A stretch of DNA of 64,000 nucleotides from Bacteroidaceae bacterium (GCA_963668535.1 OY764867.1:839111-903110); one strand, 5' to 3'; numbered from the stretch's first letter, positions 36,471-45,794 are shown. A program made the numbers and translations. Notes: generated from the letters alone by a model not told the origin.

Positions 36471-36827
36471 TTATTTCTTTTTGATTAATGCGATCAACTC
36501 ATCTATTTCCAAATCGCTCATATTTTCTTCCTTTACTAATGTAGATACAGCATGTAAATAGCTATTATTATAGTATTTTTCGACAATACCCTTAAGAGTA
36601 TTGCTACTAAAATCTGTTTTAGAAATTACAGCAAAATATCTATGACTTTTCCCAAAACTCTCATGCCCAAGAAACCCCTTATCTTCTAGGCCTCGTACAA
36701 TGGTTGATATGGTATTAAAGTGAGGACGAGGTTCAGGAAATAATTCCAATAGTTCACGTACGAACAAAGCATCATGCGTCCAATATATTTCCATAATTTC
36801 TTCTTCCCTTGGAGTTAATCTTTTCAT
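36471..36827 (-). CDS. BlaI/MecI/CopY-family repressor
   Basis: MKRLTPREEEIMEIYW winged-helix N-terminus. The stop abuts the M56 gene ATG (TAAATG). The ATG at 36827 is preferred over 36851. Confidence 0.85.
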   Translation of the reverse strand: MKRLTPREEEIMEIYWTHDALFVRELLELFPEPRPHFNTISTIVRGLEDKGFLGHESFGKSHRYFAVISKTDFSSNTLKGIVEKYYNNSYLHAVSTLVKEENMSDLEIDELIALIKKK

Positions 36828-36915
36828 CACACAGTCATTTATATTATACATAATAGATGATTTCCCACCTACAATTCTTATTTATATTATCTACATTGCA
36901 AATAACGGAATTAAA

Positions 36916-36950
36916 TAGTTACAAAACTAATTATCTTAGTTAAATAACTA
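36916..36950. promoter_or_regulatory. overlapping TAGTTA/TAACTA inverted repeats with a -7 box (candidate BlaI-type operator/promoter)
   Basis: AACTAA-N5-TTAGTT at 36925-36941. TAGTTA-AA-TAACTA at 36937-36950. The box CAAAACTA (TAGTTTTG on the minus strand) at 36922-36929. Confidence 0.3.
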
Positions 36951-36978
36951 AAACTTATAGTTTGGTTGAAAATGACAC

Positions 36979-37012
36979 AAAAAAAGTGGAGTTGCTCGAA
37001 GCACACTCCACT
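36979..37012 (-). terminator. intrinsic terminator of the Lys-rich protein gene
   Basis: Stem AGTGGAGT / ACTCCACT. On the minus strand it is followed by TTTTTTT. Confidence 0.7.
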
Positions 37013-37044
37013 TAATTAGTTACTAAAATCTATTTAAAATATTG

Positions 37045-38004
37045 CTATTTTGAATGAAAAATCTTACGTAGTGCATCATTAGTTGCACTTTTCAATTTTT
37101 TCTTGGCTTCTTCTTTAGTCATCTTCTTGTTTGAAGAAGAACGACGGGTACGACGTGTAGGCATTACTTGCGCCTTAGCACGACCATTATAGGTGGCATG
37201 AATAATCTTTGGAGAATGTTTCTTGTGAGCAACTTTATGGGCTACGCTTCTAGCTTTATTTGATGCATAATTTTTGACGTCTTTCTTTGCGTTATTTGTC
37301 CATCTTACAGCCTTCTTTGAGGCAGCAGTAGACTTCACATACCCTTTTACCTTTTTACCAACAGAAGTCTTCAAGGCTTTATCACCATATTTATAAATTT
37401 TACCGACTTTGGTTTCTTCAAATCTATTTTTGGCAAAATTCTTTACATATTTTCCTGGATTTGTTTTCGCTTTATGAATACCACTCTTAACGGCATACTT
37501 AAGCCCTGCTTTCGGATTTTTATAAAAGTTTTTGGCAGTCTTTGATCTCAGTCCTTTAACTAATTTAGCACCTCTAGAATCTTTGGCTTGATTTACCGCA
37601 AATCGACCTATTTTTTTACCAGTAGAAGATGTTGCTGCTTTATACACACCCTTCCCTGTAGCTACAGCAGCATTTTTAGCATACTTACCCGTTTTATGAG
37701 CAGCACTTCTTGCTTTTCTTCTTGCTTTTCTTACAAACCTTGAATGAGCAGTTTTTTTAGCAGCTGAAGATACTTTATGCGTTGTTTTATGTGCTGCTTT
37801 TCTAGCAGTACTTGAAACTTTCTTGGTTGCTTTTTTCGCTTTCTTTTTAATCTTCTTCCAAATTTGTGGTGCACACACGCACACATCATTGTTTGTTGCC
37901 TGAACTGGCTGGGGAGAAATCATCACTATCACAACAAAAAACACCGATAGCAAAATAAAAACTCGCGAAATTTTCAGATTGAACTGATTAATTAATTTTG
38001 TCAT
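37045..38004 (-). CDS. hyper-basic Lys-rich protein with N-terminal signal/anchor, function unknown
   Basis: 319 aa from the ATG at 38004. Hydrophobic segment VFILLSVFFVVIVMISPQPVQA. By my count about 68 Lys and 19 Arg against 9 Asp/Glu. Recurrent A-(R/A)-K/S-x-A-H-K motifs. Confidence 0.7.
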   Translation of the reverse strand: MTKLINQFNLKISRVFILLSVFFVVIVMISPQPVQATNNDVCVCAPQIWKKIKKKAKKATKKVSSTARKAAHKTTHKVSSAAKKTAHSRFVRKARRKARSAAHKTGKYAKNAAVATGKGVYKAATSSTGKKIGRFAVNQAKDSRGAKLVKGLRSKTAKNFYKNPKAGLKYAVKSGIHKAKTNPGKYVKNFAKNRFEETKVGKIYKYGDKALKTSVGKKVKGYVKSTAASKKAVRWTNNAKKDVKNYASNKARSVAHKVAHKKHSPKIIHATYNGRAKAQVMPTRRTRRSSSNKKMTKEEAKKKLKSATNDALRKIFHSK

Positions 38005-38201
38005 TACTTTCTTTGATTTATAAATGAGTAAAAATTTAAAGTTACTTAGTCTTATACACAGCAATTACACTAAAACAATCAATAACAACAAACCTCTGTT
38101 TGTAAATGTATTGTATACACTTTGCTTTCTCAATTGCTTCCCAAAATTACAAATAAAAATGACCTTATGCAAGATATTTGATATACAAATTTTAAATAAA
38201 C

Positions 38202-38242
38202 AAAAAAATAGCCTCACCTAAGATAATATTAGGTGAGGCTAT
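38202..38242 (-). terminator. intrinsic terminator of pnp
   Basis: 12-bp stem ATAGCCTCACCT / AGGTGAGGCTAT. On the minus strand it is followed by TTTTTTG. Confidence 0.8.
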
Positions 38243-38269
38243 ATATATAATGTATATAATCAGTATAGA

Positions 38270-40399
38270 TTATTTATCACGTGGGGGACGTGGAGTCAAT
38301 TGCTTTTTTGACAATTTGAATTTACCTGTCTTGGGATCAATATCGATCAACTTCACTTCAATCTTGTCACCCTCTTTAATACCTGCCTCTTCAACAGATT
38401 CAAGACGACGCCATTCTATTTCAGAAATGTGAAGCAAACCATCCTTACTAGGTAAGAATTCAACAAAAGCACCATAAGGCATAATAGAACGTACAGTTCC
38501 TTCATATACCTCACCCACTTCAGGGATAGCTACAATACCACGAATCATGCTAACTGCACGATCAATAGTCTCACGATTTTTACCAGCGATTTCAATACGA
38601 CCACCTTCTTCGACTTCTTCAATCGAAATAGTAGCTCCAGTTTCTTCTTGCATACCTTGGATAATCTTACCACCAGGGCCAATAACTGCACCAATAAATT
38701 CCTTAGGAATCATCATTGTTTCGATACGTGGAGTGTGATCTTTAAAGTCAGCACGAGGTGCAGCAATAGTTTCTTCGATTTTATCCAAAATATGCATACG
38801 TCCATCACGAGCTTGAAGCAATGCTTTTTCAAGGATTTCGAAAGATAGGCCATCTACCTTTATATCCATTTGTGTAGCAGTGATACCATCACGTGTACCC
38901 GTTACCTTGAAGTCCATATCACCTAAATGGTCTTCATCTCCTAAGATATCAGAAAGTATAGCATACTTTTCTTCACCAGAATTCTTAATAAGTCCCATAG
39001 CAATACCAGAAACTGGTTTCTTAATTTGTACACCAGCATCCATCAATGCAAGCGTACCAGCACAAACTGTTGCCATTGAAGAAGAACCATTAGATTCTAG
39101 TATTTCAGATACAACACGTACTACATATGGATAATCTTCTGGAATCATTCCCTTCAATGCACGACAAGCCAAGTTTCCATGACCGATTTCACGGCGACCT
39201 ACACCACGTTGTGCACGCGCATCACCAGTAGAGAATGGAGGAAAATTATAATGAAGAAGGAAACGATCTTTTGAGTGATCAAGTACATTATCGATGATTT
39301 TCTCATCTGCTTTTGTACCCAAAGTAACTGTAGTCAAAGATTGAGTCTCACCACGAGTAAAGATAGCTGATCCGTGAGGTCCTGGAAGAGGATCAATTTC
39401 ACTCCAAATTGGACGTATCTCTGTTGTTTTACGGCCATCAAGACGCTTACCTTCATCAAGAATACTACGACGCATCGCTTCTTTTTCTACATCATGATAG
39501 TACACATCAATAAGAGCTGCTTTTTCTTCAAGTTCTTCTTCTGAGAATTGTTCTTTGAAGTTATCCTTGATTTCTTGAAAAGCATCAAAGCGTTGGTGTT
39601 TATCATGACTACCAGCAGAAGCTATTTCATACACCTTGTCATAACATTCAGCATGTACTTTTTTGCGAAGATCTTCATCATTCACTTCATGGCAGTATTC
39701 ACGCTTTACTGTAGATCCGACAGCTTCGGCAAGTTCCATTTGAGCCTTACATTGGGTTTTGATACTTTCGTGAGCAACTTTCATTGCTTCAAGAAGATCT
39801 TGTTCAGACACTTCCTTCATCTCACCCTCTACCATCATAATGTTATCGTAAGTGGCAGCTACCATGATATCCATGTCGGCTGCTTCATATTGTTCAAAAG
39901 TTGGATTGATAACAAATTCACCATTGATGCGAGCCACACGTACCTCAGAAATTGGTCCGTTGAAAGGAATATCAGAAACAGCTAAAGCAGCTGATGCTGC
40001 AAGACCTGCAAGTGCATCTGGCATATCCTTACCATCTGCAGAGAAAAGGATAATGTTTACATACACCTCAGCATGATAATCATCTGGGAATAGTGGACGA
40101 AGAGCACGGTCTACCAATCGACAAGTCAAAATCTCATAGTCGTTCGCGCGGCCTTCTCTTTTTGTAAATCCTCCTGGGAAACGGCCAAATGCGGCATATT
40201 TCTCTTTATACTCTACCTGCAACGGCATGAAATCTGTACCAGGCACTGCATCTTTAGCGGCAACAACTGTAGCCAAAAGCATTGTGTCTCCCATACGGAG
40301 CATCACAGAGCCATCGGCTTGCTTTGCCAATTTGCCTGTTTCGAGTGAGATGGTTCTCCCATCTGGCAACTCGATTGTCTTAACAATTGGGTCAATCAT
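38270..40399 (-). CDS. pnp: polyribonucleotide nucleotidyltransferase (PNPase)
   Basis: 709 aa. Two RNase PH domains, KH (GPGGKIIQ) and S1 ([20 protein letters not shown]). Confidence 0.97.
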   Translation of the reverse strand: MIDPIVKTIELPDGRTISLETGKLAKQADGSVMLRMGDTMLLATVVAAKDAVPGTDFMPLQVEYKEKYAAFGRFPGGFTKREGRANDYEILTCRLVDRALRPLFPDDYHAEVYVNIILFSADGKDMPDALAGLAASAALAVSDIPFNGPISEVRVARINGEFVINPTFEQYEAADMDIMVAATYDNIMMVEGEMKEVSEQDLLEAMKVAHESIKTQCKAQMELAEAVGSTVKREYCHEVNDEDLRKKVHAECYDKVYEIASAGSHDKHQRFDAFQEIKDNFKEQFSEEELEEKAALIDVYYHDVEKEAMRRSILDEGKRLDGRKTTEIRPIWSEIDPLPGPHGSAIFTRGETQSLTTVTLGTKADEKIIDNVLDHSKDRFLLHYNFPPFSTGDARAQRGVGRREIGHGNLACRALKGMIPEDYPYVVRVVSEILESNGSSSMATVCAGTLALMDAGVQIKKPVSGIAMGLIKNSGEEKYAILSDILGDEDHLGDMDFKVTGTRDGITATQMDIKVDGLSFEILEKALLQARDGRMHILDKIEETIAAPRADFKDHTPRIETMMIPKEFIGAVIGPGGKIIQGMQEETGATISIEEVEEGGRIEIAGKNRETIDRAVSMIRGIVAIPEVGEVYEGTVRSIMPYGAFVEFLPSKDGLLHISEIEWRRLESVEEAGIKEGDKIEVKLIDIDPKTGKFKLSKKQLTPRPPRDK

Positions 40400-40438
40400 A
40401 AAAAATTGTTATTTAATAATATCTGCTTATTTTCCGCG

Positions 40439-40446
40439 CAAAGATA
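40439..40446 (-). promoter_or_regulatory. -7 box TATCTTTG (minus strand)
   Basis: 40 nt upstream of pnp. Confidence 0.45.
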
Positions 40447-40540
40447 CACAATACATCTTATATATAGCCATAAAGTTGAGGAAATTTGTCCCATAGCATT
40501 TTTTTTGTGACAATCAGTACGAGAAATGGGCTATTTAAAC

Positions 40541-40548
40541 TATATTTG
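40541..40548 (+). promoter_or_regulatory. -7 box TATATTTG
   Basis: 41 nt upstream of the DUF4369/TlpA-like gene. Confidence 0.45.
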
Positions 40549-40588
40549 TGGCAAAATTAAACCGTTTCTACTTTAAAATTATACGTCA

Positions 40589-41761
40589 ATGAAGCAATTA
40601 TTTTATCTTAGCGCCTTACTTTTAATATTTGTTGCGTGTAAGTCACAAAATGAGTTTGAAGTGACTGGACACATCAAAGGAGCAGCTGAAGAAACTCTCT
40701 ATCTAGATGCTACTAAAGTAAGTGGAACAGAAGTCTGCGACTCAGTCAAACTCAACAAAGCAGGTTTCTTCACATTGAAGAGTAGACGTCCTCAAAATCC
40801 AGAAATTTACGCACTTCGTTTAGGGAATCAACGTATTTTTTTGGCAATAGATTCAACAGAAGTTATCAAAGTTTCAGCAAATAAGTCACACTATACATCT
40901 GATTATACTGTCAAAGGGTCTTTAGAATCAACACGCATTCAACAACTTGATCAAGAAAAAGAGAAGTTACGTCAAAAGCTGGATAGTACATTACGTGTGG
41001 CTAAAGAAATGAACCTATCACAAAGCAATTTTAGTGCAGCCATCAACGAGTTAATCACTGAATATAAAAATCATATTAGTAAAGATTATATATTTGCACA
41101 TCCTCAGGTAATATCTTCTTACTACGCATTATTTCAAGAAGTTAATGGATTTATGTTGTTTGACCCAGCAAACAACAAAAGAGACTTAAATTGTTTCCGA
41201 GCTGTTGCAACAAGTATGCAACTAGATCATCCACATTCCGATCGCACAAAAAATCTCGTAAATATTGCCATCAAATCGATGAAGCACAAACGTGTAGAAG
41301 AGATGATGCAACAAGATCAGGCTGATAAGACTTTAACCGTTCCTGCCAACAAAATACATGAGACAGGTTTTATTGACATCGAGCTTCGTGATATTGATAA
41401 CAATGCAATAGCATTATCTTCACTAAAAGGAAAAGTTGTACTACTTGATTTCACTGCTTATGCAGCTGATAACTCCCCAGCCCACATTTTGGCTCTTCGT
41501 GATTTATACAAACAATATCACAAAAAAGGATTGGAAATCTATCAGATATCATATGATCAGGATCGCCATTTCTGGCGTACTAGTGCCGATAATCTACCAT
41601 GGATTTGTGTGCGCGACCCATATGGGGCTCATTCTACGATTGCTCGTACTTACAATGTGAGTCAACTTCCAACATTCTTTTTATTAGACAAAAAATTAGA
41701 AATCAAAAAACGAGATATTGAAATAAAAGATATCGAAAAAGAAATCAAAAAGCTACTTTAA
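40589..41761 (+). CDS. DUF4369 + TlpA-like thioredoxin-fold lipoprotein lacking the CXXC active site
   Basis: Lipobox LLIFVAC and FEVTGHIKG..LYLD. The thioredoxin fold KGKVVLLDFTAYAADNSPAH aligns without gaps to ...DFWASWCGPCR, so CGPC is replaced by ADNS. Confidence 0.8.
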   Translation: MKQLFYLSALLLIFVACKSQNEFEVTGHIKGAAEETLYLDATKVSGTEVCDSVKLNKAGFFTLKSRRPQNPEIYALRLGNQRIFLAIDSTEVIKVSANKSHYTSDYTVKGSLESTRIQQLDQEKEKLRQKLDSTLRVAKEMNLSQSNFSAAINELITEYKNHISKDYIFAHPQVISSYYALFQEVNGFMLFDPANNKRDLNCFRAVATSMQLDHPHSDRTKNLVNIAIKSMKHKRVEEMMQQDQADKTLTVPANKIHETGFIDIELRDIDNNAIALSSLKGKVVLLDFTAYAADNSPAHILALRDLYKQYHKKGLEIYQISYDQDRHFWRTSADNLPWICVRDPYGAHSTIARTYNVSQLPTFFLLDKKLEIKKRDIEIKDIEKEIKKLL

Positions 41762-41855
41762 GGAGGTATATAATCTTCTGAATATCAGCAAACAAGAAAA
41801 GGTCTCAATCGAAAAAAAACACATCATTTTATTTGTTTATATGGTAGAAAAGGCC

Positions 41856-41863
41856 TATTTTTG
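41856..41863 (+). promoter_or_regulatory. -7 box TATTTTTG (the only box in the greA upstream region)
   Basis: 95 nt upstream of the greA ATG and 15 nt upstream of the hairpin at 41878-41918. Confidence 0.4.
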
Positions 41864-41877
41864 TCCTTACATAACAC

Positions 41878-41918
41878 AAAGGAGTTCCGGTGCGCTTGCG
41901 TACTGGGATTCTTTTTTT
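41878..41918 (+). terminator. terminator-like hairpin with a T7 run in the greA leader (or a distal terminator of the upstream gene)
   Basis: Core stem CCGGTGCG-CTTG-CGTACTGG at 41887-41906, extendable through AAAGGAGTT / GATTCTTT. T-run at 41912-41918. Confidence 0.5.
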
Positions 41919-41957
41919 ACATTATTTATTTCAACATAAATCTAAATTGTATCCAAT

Positions 41958-42425
41958 ATGGCATATATGACAAAAGAGGGCTATGACAGGCTCCGCAACG
42001 AAATTAAACAACTAGAATCAGTAGAACGCCCAAAAATCTCTGCTGCTATTGCTGAAGCAAGAGATAAAGGTGATTTGAGTGAAAATGCTGAATACGATGC
42101 TGCCAAAGAAGCCCAAGGAATGCTTGAGCTTAAAATTGGTCAGTTAAAAGCGACTTTGATGGAAGCATCCATCATTGACGAAAGTCAACTAAGCACAGAT
42201 TGTGTTCAGATTCTAACAACTGTCAAATTTAAGAACTTGAACATCAACAAAGTAATGGAGTACACATTGGTATCAGAAAGCGAAGCCAACCTTGCTCAAG
42301 GTAAGTTAGCTATCAGTACTCCTATTGCCAAGGGATTACTTGGTAAAAAAGTAGGTGATGTTGTTGATGTCACCATTCCACAAGGCACTATAAAGCTTGA
42401 AGTATTAGATATTTCAATCAAGTAA
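41958..42425 (+). CDS. greA: transcription elongation factor GreA
   Basis: 155 aa. MTKEGYDRLRNEIKQLE..RPKISAAIAEARDKGDLSENAEYDAAKE. Confidence 0.95.
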   Translation: MAYMTKEGYDRLRNEIKQLESVERPKISAAIAEARDKGDLSENAEYDAAKEAQGMLELKIGQLKATLMEASIIDESQLSTDCVQILTTVKFKNLNINKVMEYTLVSESEANLAQGKLAISTPIAKGLLGKKVGDVVDVTIPQGTIKLEVLDISIK

Positions 42426-42426
42426 A

Positions 42427-42464
42427 AGAAGGCGATAGACTACACGTAGTCTATCGCCTCTTTT
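42427..42464 (+). terminator. intrinsic terminator of greA
   Basis: Long stem AGGCGATAGACTAC / GTAGTCTATCGCCT followed by CTTTTG. Confidence 0.8.
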
Positions 42465-42494
42465 GCATCTACTTCATTCATAAAAAAGAATATT

Positions 42495-42890
42495 ATGGCA
42501 ACCATTTTCTCTAAAATCGTAGCAGGTGAAATTCCGAGCTATAAAGTAGCAGAAACTGAAAACTGCTACGCTTTCCTAGACATCAGTCCATTAACTAAGG
42601 GACATACCCTAGTTATTCCTAAACGTGAGATTGATTATATATTTGATCTTTCGGCCGAAGAAACCGCAGAACTACATCAATTTGCTCAGCGTGTAGCCAA
42701 AGCCATCGGTGCAGTTATTCCGTGCACACGAGTTGGTGTAGCAGTAATGGGCTTAGAAGTACCCCACGCACACATCCACCTTATCCCCATCAATAAAGAA
42801 GGAGATATGCTCTTCTCCAATCCAAAGCTATCACTTCCACAAGAAGAGATGCAAGTAATTGCGGATAAGATTGCATCAGCTATGAAATAA
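42495..42890 (+). CDS. HIT-family (histidine triad) protein
   Basis: 131 aa with the HAHIHLIP triad motif. Confidence 0.92.
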   Translation: MATIFSKIVAGEIPSYKVAETENCYAFLDISPLTKGHTLVIPKREIDYIFDLSAEETAELHQFAQRVAKAIGAVIPCTRVGVAVMGLEVPHAHIHLIPINKEGDMLFSNPKLSLPQEEMQVIADKIASAMK

Positions 42891-42921
42891 GCAACAATCA
42901 TATACCCCCATATTGAGATAC

Positions 42922-42960
42922 AAAAGAAGCCATGTCGCTATGACATGGCTTCATTATTTT
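42922..42960. terminator. bidirectional terminator between the HIT gene and manC
   Basis: Stem GAAGCCATGTC / GACATGGCTTC flanked by AAAA and TTATTTTTT. Confidence 0.75.
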
Positions 42961-44052
42961 TTAATCTGCTTTCTCTCCAAAATTGACCTGTGTAATAGTC
43001 ATATACCGATGTACACGATCTGGATCACCTTTGGGACAAATCAATAAAACATCATCTTTTTCTGCCACGATGTAATTATCTAGTCCGTCAACAACGGCTA
43101 ATTTATTTGACGGCATAGCCACCATACAGTTGGCACTGTTAAACATTAGCGTTTGTCCTCCATGCTTAGCATTATTCTGTTCATCTTTAGGCAAAGCATG
43201 ATGCAAGGCATCCCATGAAGCCAAATTACTCCACCCAAAATCGCCTTGATACAATAAAACATTATCTACTTTTTCCATGACTCCATAATCTATAGATACT
43301 GCAGGCAACATAGGATATACTTTATCTATATAAGCCTGTTCTTTCGGAGAACAATAAGTATCCATTGATTTGGTCAGTATTTTCATTACCGCTGGCAAAT
43401 GCACATTAAAAGCCTTCAGTATTGTATCGACACGACTAACAAAATGAGCGGTATTCCAACAAAATTCTTTAGATTGCACAAATGCTTGTGCCATTTCCTC
43501 AATAGGTTTTTCGACAAAAGTACGAGTGCTGTATAAATTAGGAAAGTTGACTGAATCCACAGGAGATTCTCGTTGAATATATCCATATGTTGTATTAGGA
43601 CGCGTAGCTTGTGAGCCAAGGGAAATAATGGAGTCATGATGCACACAATATGCCATCGCTTGCTTTACAGAATGCAAAAAATTATTTTCATGTAAAATTA
43701 AATGATCTGCAGGAGCTACCAACAAACGCGCATGCTTATCACGCGCTGCAATATGTAAAGCTGCACGTGCTATACACGGTGCAGTCTTTCGAGGAACTGG
43801 TTCATACAACAAGTTCTCCTTAGGTAAATCTGGTAATTGATCCTCAACCAGACTGGCATAATCTTGAACAGCTACCACATGGATGTTCTCTACAGGAAAG
43901 ATCTTAGATAATCGATCATAAGTCAATTGAATCATACTACGCCCCACTCCCAATAAATCAATAAAATGCTTCGGGTAAGAGGCACGACTCACAGGCCAGA
44001 ATCGGCTTCCGATTCCGCCACAAAGAATGACACAATAATCAGATGTATGCAT
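42961..44052 (-). CDS. manC: mannose-1-phosphate guanylyltransferase
   Basis: YCVILCGGIGSRFWPVSR nucleotidyltransferase motif. The ATG at 44052 is preferred over the ORF-track start at 44103. Confidence 0.88.
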   Translation of the reverse strand: MHTSDYCVILCGGIGSRFWPVSRASYPKHFIDLLGVGRSMIQLTYDRLSKIFPVENIHVVAVQDYASLVEDQLPDLPKENLLYEPVPRKTAPCIARAALHIAARDKHARLLVAPADHLILHENNFLHSVKQAMAYCVHHDSIISLGSQATRPNTTYGYIQRESPVDSVNFPNLYSTRTFVEKPIEEMAQAFVQSKEFCWNTAHFVSRVDTILKAFNVHLPAVMKILTKSMDTYCSPKEQAYIDKVYPMLPAVSIDYGVMEKVDNVLLYQGDFGWSNLASWDALHHALPKDEQNNAKHGGQTLMFNSANCMVAMPSNKLAVVDGLDNYIVAEKDDVLLICPKGDPDRVHRYMTITQVNFGEKAD

Positions 44053-44133
44053 ATTATTCACAGCTAATAAAAGGTATATTTTCAAGGAAAAGAGGTTGTT
44101 CACCCTTACACAAACTGAACACCCCTATAGACG

Positions 44134-44141
44134 CAAAGTTA
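44134..44141 (-). promoter_or_regulatory. -7 box TAACTTTG (minus strand)
   Basis: 82 nt upstream of the manC ATG. Confidence 0.35.
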
Positions 44142-44243
44142 CTCTTTTCCTTTTGAATCTCCCAAGAAATGGACGAAATTCCCCGTAATAAATATTTTTT
44201 CCTTTTTTCTATTCATTTCTCTTGGAACTTAAAATAAAAGCTG

Positions 44244-44251
44244 TATCTTTG
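44244..44251 (+). promoter_or_regulatory. -7 box TATCTTTG for tRNA-Leu
   Basis: 24 nt upstream of the mature tRNA 5' end. Confidence 0.5.
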
Positions 44252-44274
44252 CACCGCAATTGAAAACAATAGCA

Positions 44275-44356
44275 GCCCAGATGGCGGAATTGGTAGACGC
44301 GCTGGTCTCAAACACCAGTGGAGCAATCCGTGCCGGTTCGATCCCGGCTCTGGGTA
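44275..44356 (+). tRNA. tRNA-Leu (anticodon CAA)
   Basis: Folded by hand. Acceptor GCCCAGA/TCTGGGT (G1-U72), anticodon stem CTGGT/ACCAG with loop CTCAAAC, a long variable arm, and T-arm GCCGG-TTCGATC-CCGGC. Confidence 0.92.
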
Positions 44357-44357
44357 C

Positions 44358-44396
44358 AAAAAAGTCCTCAATCCTTTTTGGATTGGGGACTTTTCT
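44358..44396 (+). terminator. intrinsic terminator after tRNA-Leu
   Basis: 12-bp stem AGTCCTCAATCC / GGATTGGGGACT with a TTTTT loop, followed by TTTT. Confidence 0.75.
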
Positions 44397-44417
44397 TGTA
44401 TATCCGCACCAAAAATC

Positions 44418-44433
44418 TGTCCATTTCCGGACA
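44418..44433. promoter_or_regulatory. palindrome TGTCC-N6-GGACA (candidate enhancer/UAS)
   Basis: It lies 65-80 nt upstream of the sigma-54-like element. Confidence 0.25.
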
Positions 44434-44497
44434 TTTATCCTGTATCGTACACCTTAAACGAACACATAAACCACTGATTTTCAGAACATTTCTTCAC

Positions 44498-44512
44498 TGG
44501 CACACAAGTTGA
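44498..44512 (+). promoter_or_regulatory. sigma-54-like promoter TGGCAC-N5-TTGA
   Basis: GG-N10-GA spacing, versus the consensus GG-N10-GC. It ends 35 nt upstream of the HlyD-family ATG. No TAnnTTTG box is present in this intergenic region. Confidence 0.35.
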
Positions 44513-44546
44513 CTTACTAGATAGTAGTTATATTAAAACACTATTT

Positions 44547-45794
44547 ATGGACAAGAAAATTCCAGTACACACACAGCGAAAAGAGAAATTACGCCAACTA
44601 GTCAAAATAGGGCTACCTATCGTTGCATTAGCTTTTATTACGATCGGCATACTGCATGTCTATCGCCCCAGTATATCTAAACGGTTTGTTAAGTTGTCCA
44701 GGGTAGACAAAGGAGATATGCAAGTAAGTATTAGCGCGTCAGGAACTGTATACCCTATCTTTGAAGAAATCATAGCCTCACCAATCAACTCACGTATCAC
44801 AAAGTTATATTGTCATGGTGGAGAAAAAGTGCAAGAAGGCACACCACTTATGCAATTGGATTTACAAGCCACAGAAACGAAAGTCAACCAAATGATTGAT
44901 GAAAAAAAGATGCGTTTAGTAAAGCTTAATCAACTACAAGTCAACAACCAAACGACGCAAGCAAACTTAAAGATGCAAATCAAGGTAGCCGGAATGAAAT
45001 TAGAACATTTAAAAGTAAAATGGCTTAATGAGAAATATTTAGACAGTATTGGTGCTGGTACTCAAGAAAATGTAGCCCAAGCTCATTTGGGTGTTCAGGT
45101 AGGAGAGCTCGAACTCCAACAGATGCGTCAACAATACAAAAACGAATGTGACATCGCACAAGCCGAAGAACAGGTCCAACAATTAAGCTATAGCATGTTA
45201 TGTAAAGACATACTAATTATGCAGCACACACTGAGTCAAGCCAAGGTCAAAGCCCCACACACTGGTTATCTAACATACATCAACGAACAAATTGGATCCA
45301 ACGTGCAACAAGGGACACAACTAGCTGTTATTTCAGATCTCTCAAAATACAAAATACAAGGAGCCATAGCAGATGCATTTGCTGATAAAATACATCTTAA
45401 TAGCCCAGTTATAGTGTGCCTAGATAAAGAAGAACTAGCAGGAAGTGTCACATCCATAACCCCACTATCTAAAAATGGGATGATTCATTTTACTGTTCAC
45501 CTTGCAGAAGCTAATCACCCCAAACTACAATCGGGCCTTAAAACAGATATCAATATAATGAGTAACACAAAAACCAATATTAAGCGCATAGACTATTTTT
45601 CTAGCTATCAAGGGCCAGGAGAATACACCATGTTTATTGCAGACAAGGACAACTGCCTGCACCGTAAAAAAGTAACTCTTGGCAAATCAAATTATAAATA
45701 TATTGAAGTTATCAAGGGATTAGCAGTTAATGACCAAGTAGCAATCAATGACATGCATGATTTCGAAGATAGAAAAACAGTCTATATTAAGTAG
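44547..45794 (+). CDS. HlyD-family periplasmic adaptor subunit
   Basis: N-terminal TM helix, long coiled-coil region, and C-terminal barrel-like domain. Confidence 0.85.
   Translation: MDKKIPVHTQRKEKLRQLVKIGLPIVALAFITIGILHVYRPSISKRFVKLSRVDKGDMQVSISASGTVYPIFEEIIASPINSRITKLYCHGGEKVQEGTPLMQLDLQATETKVNQMIDEKKMRLVKLNQLQVNNQTTQANLKMQIKVAGMKLEHLKVKWLNEKYLDSIGAGTQENVAQAHLGVQVGELELQQMRQQYKNECDIAQAEEQVQQLSYSMLCKDILIMQHTLSQAKVKAPHTGYLTYINEQIGSNVQQGTQLAVISDLSKYKIQGAIADAFADKIHLNSPVIVCLDKEELAGSVTSITPLSKNGMIHFTVHLAEANHPKLQSGLKTDINIMSNTKTNIKRIDYFSSYQGPGEYTMFIADKDNCLHRKKVTLGKSNYKYIEVIKGLAVNDQVAINDMHDFEDRKTVYIK

Noticed and set aside
38024-38432. ORFs 38024-38221 (+) and 38250-38432 (+).
   Set aside because: The first lies in the promoter region of the Lys-rich gene and runs across the pnp terminator. 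The second is antisense to the pnp 3' end.
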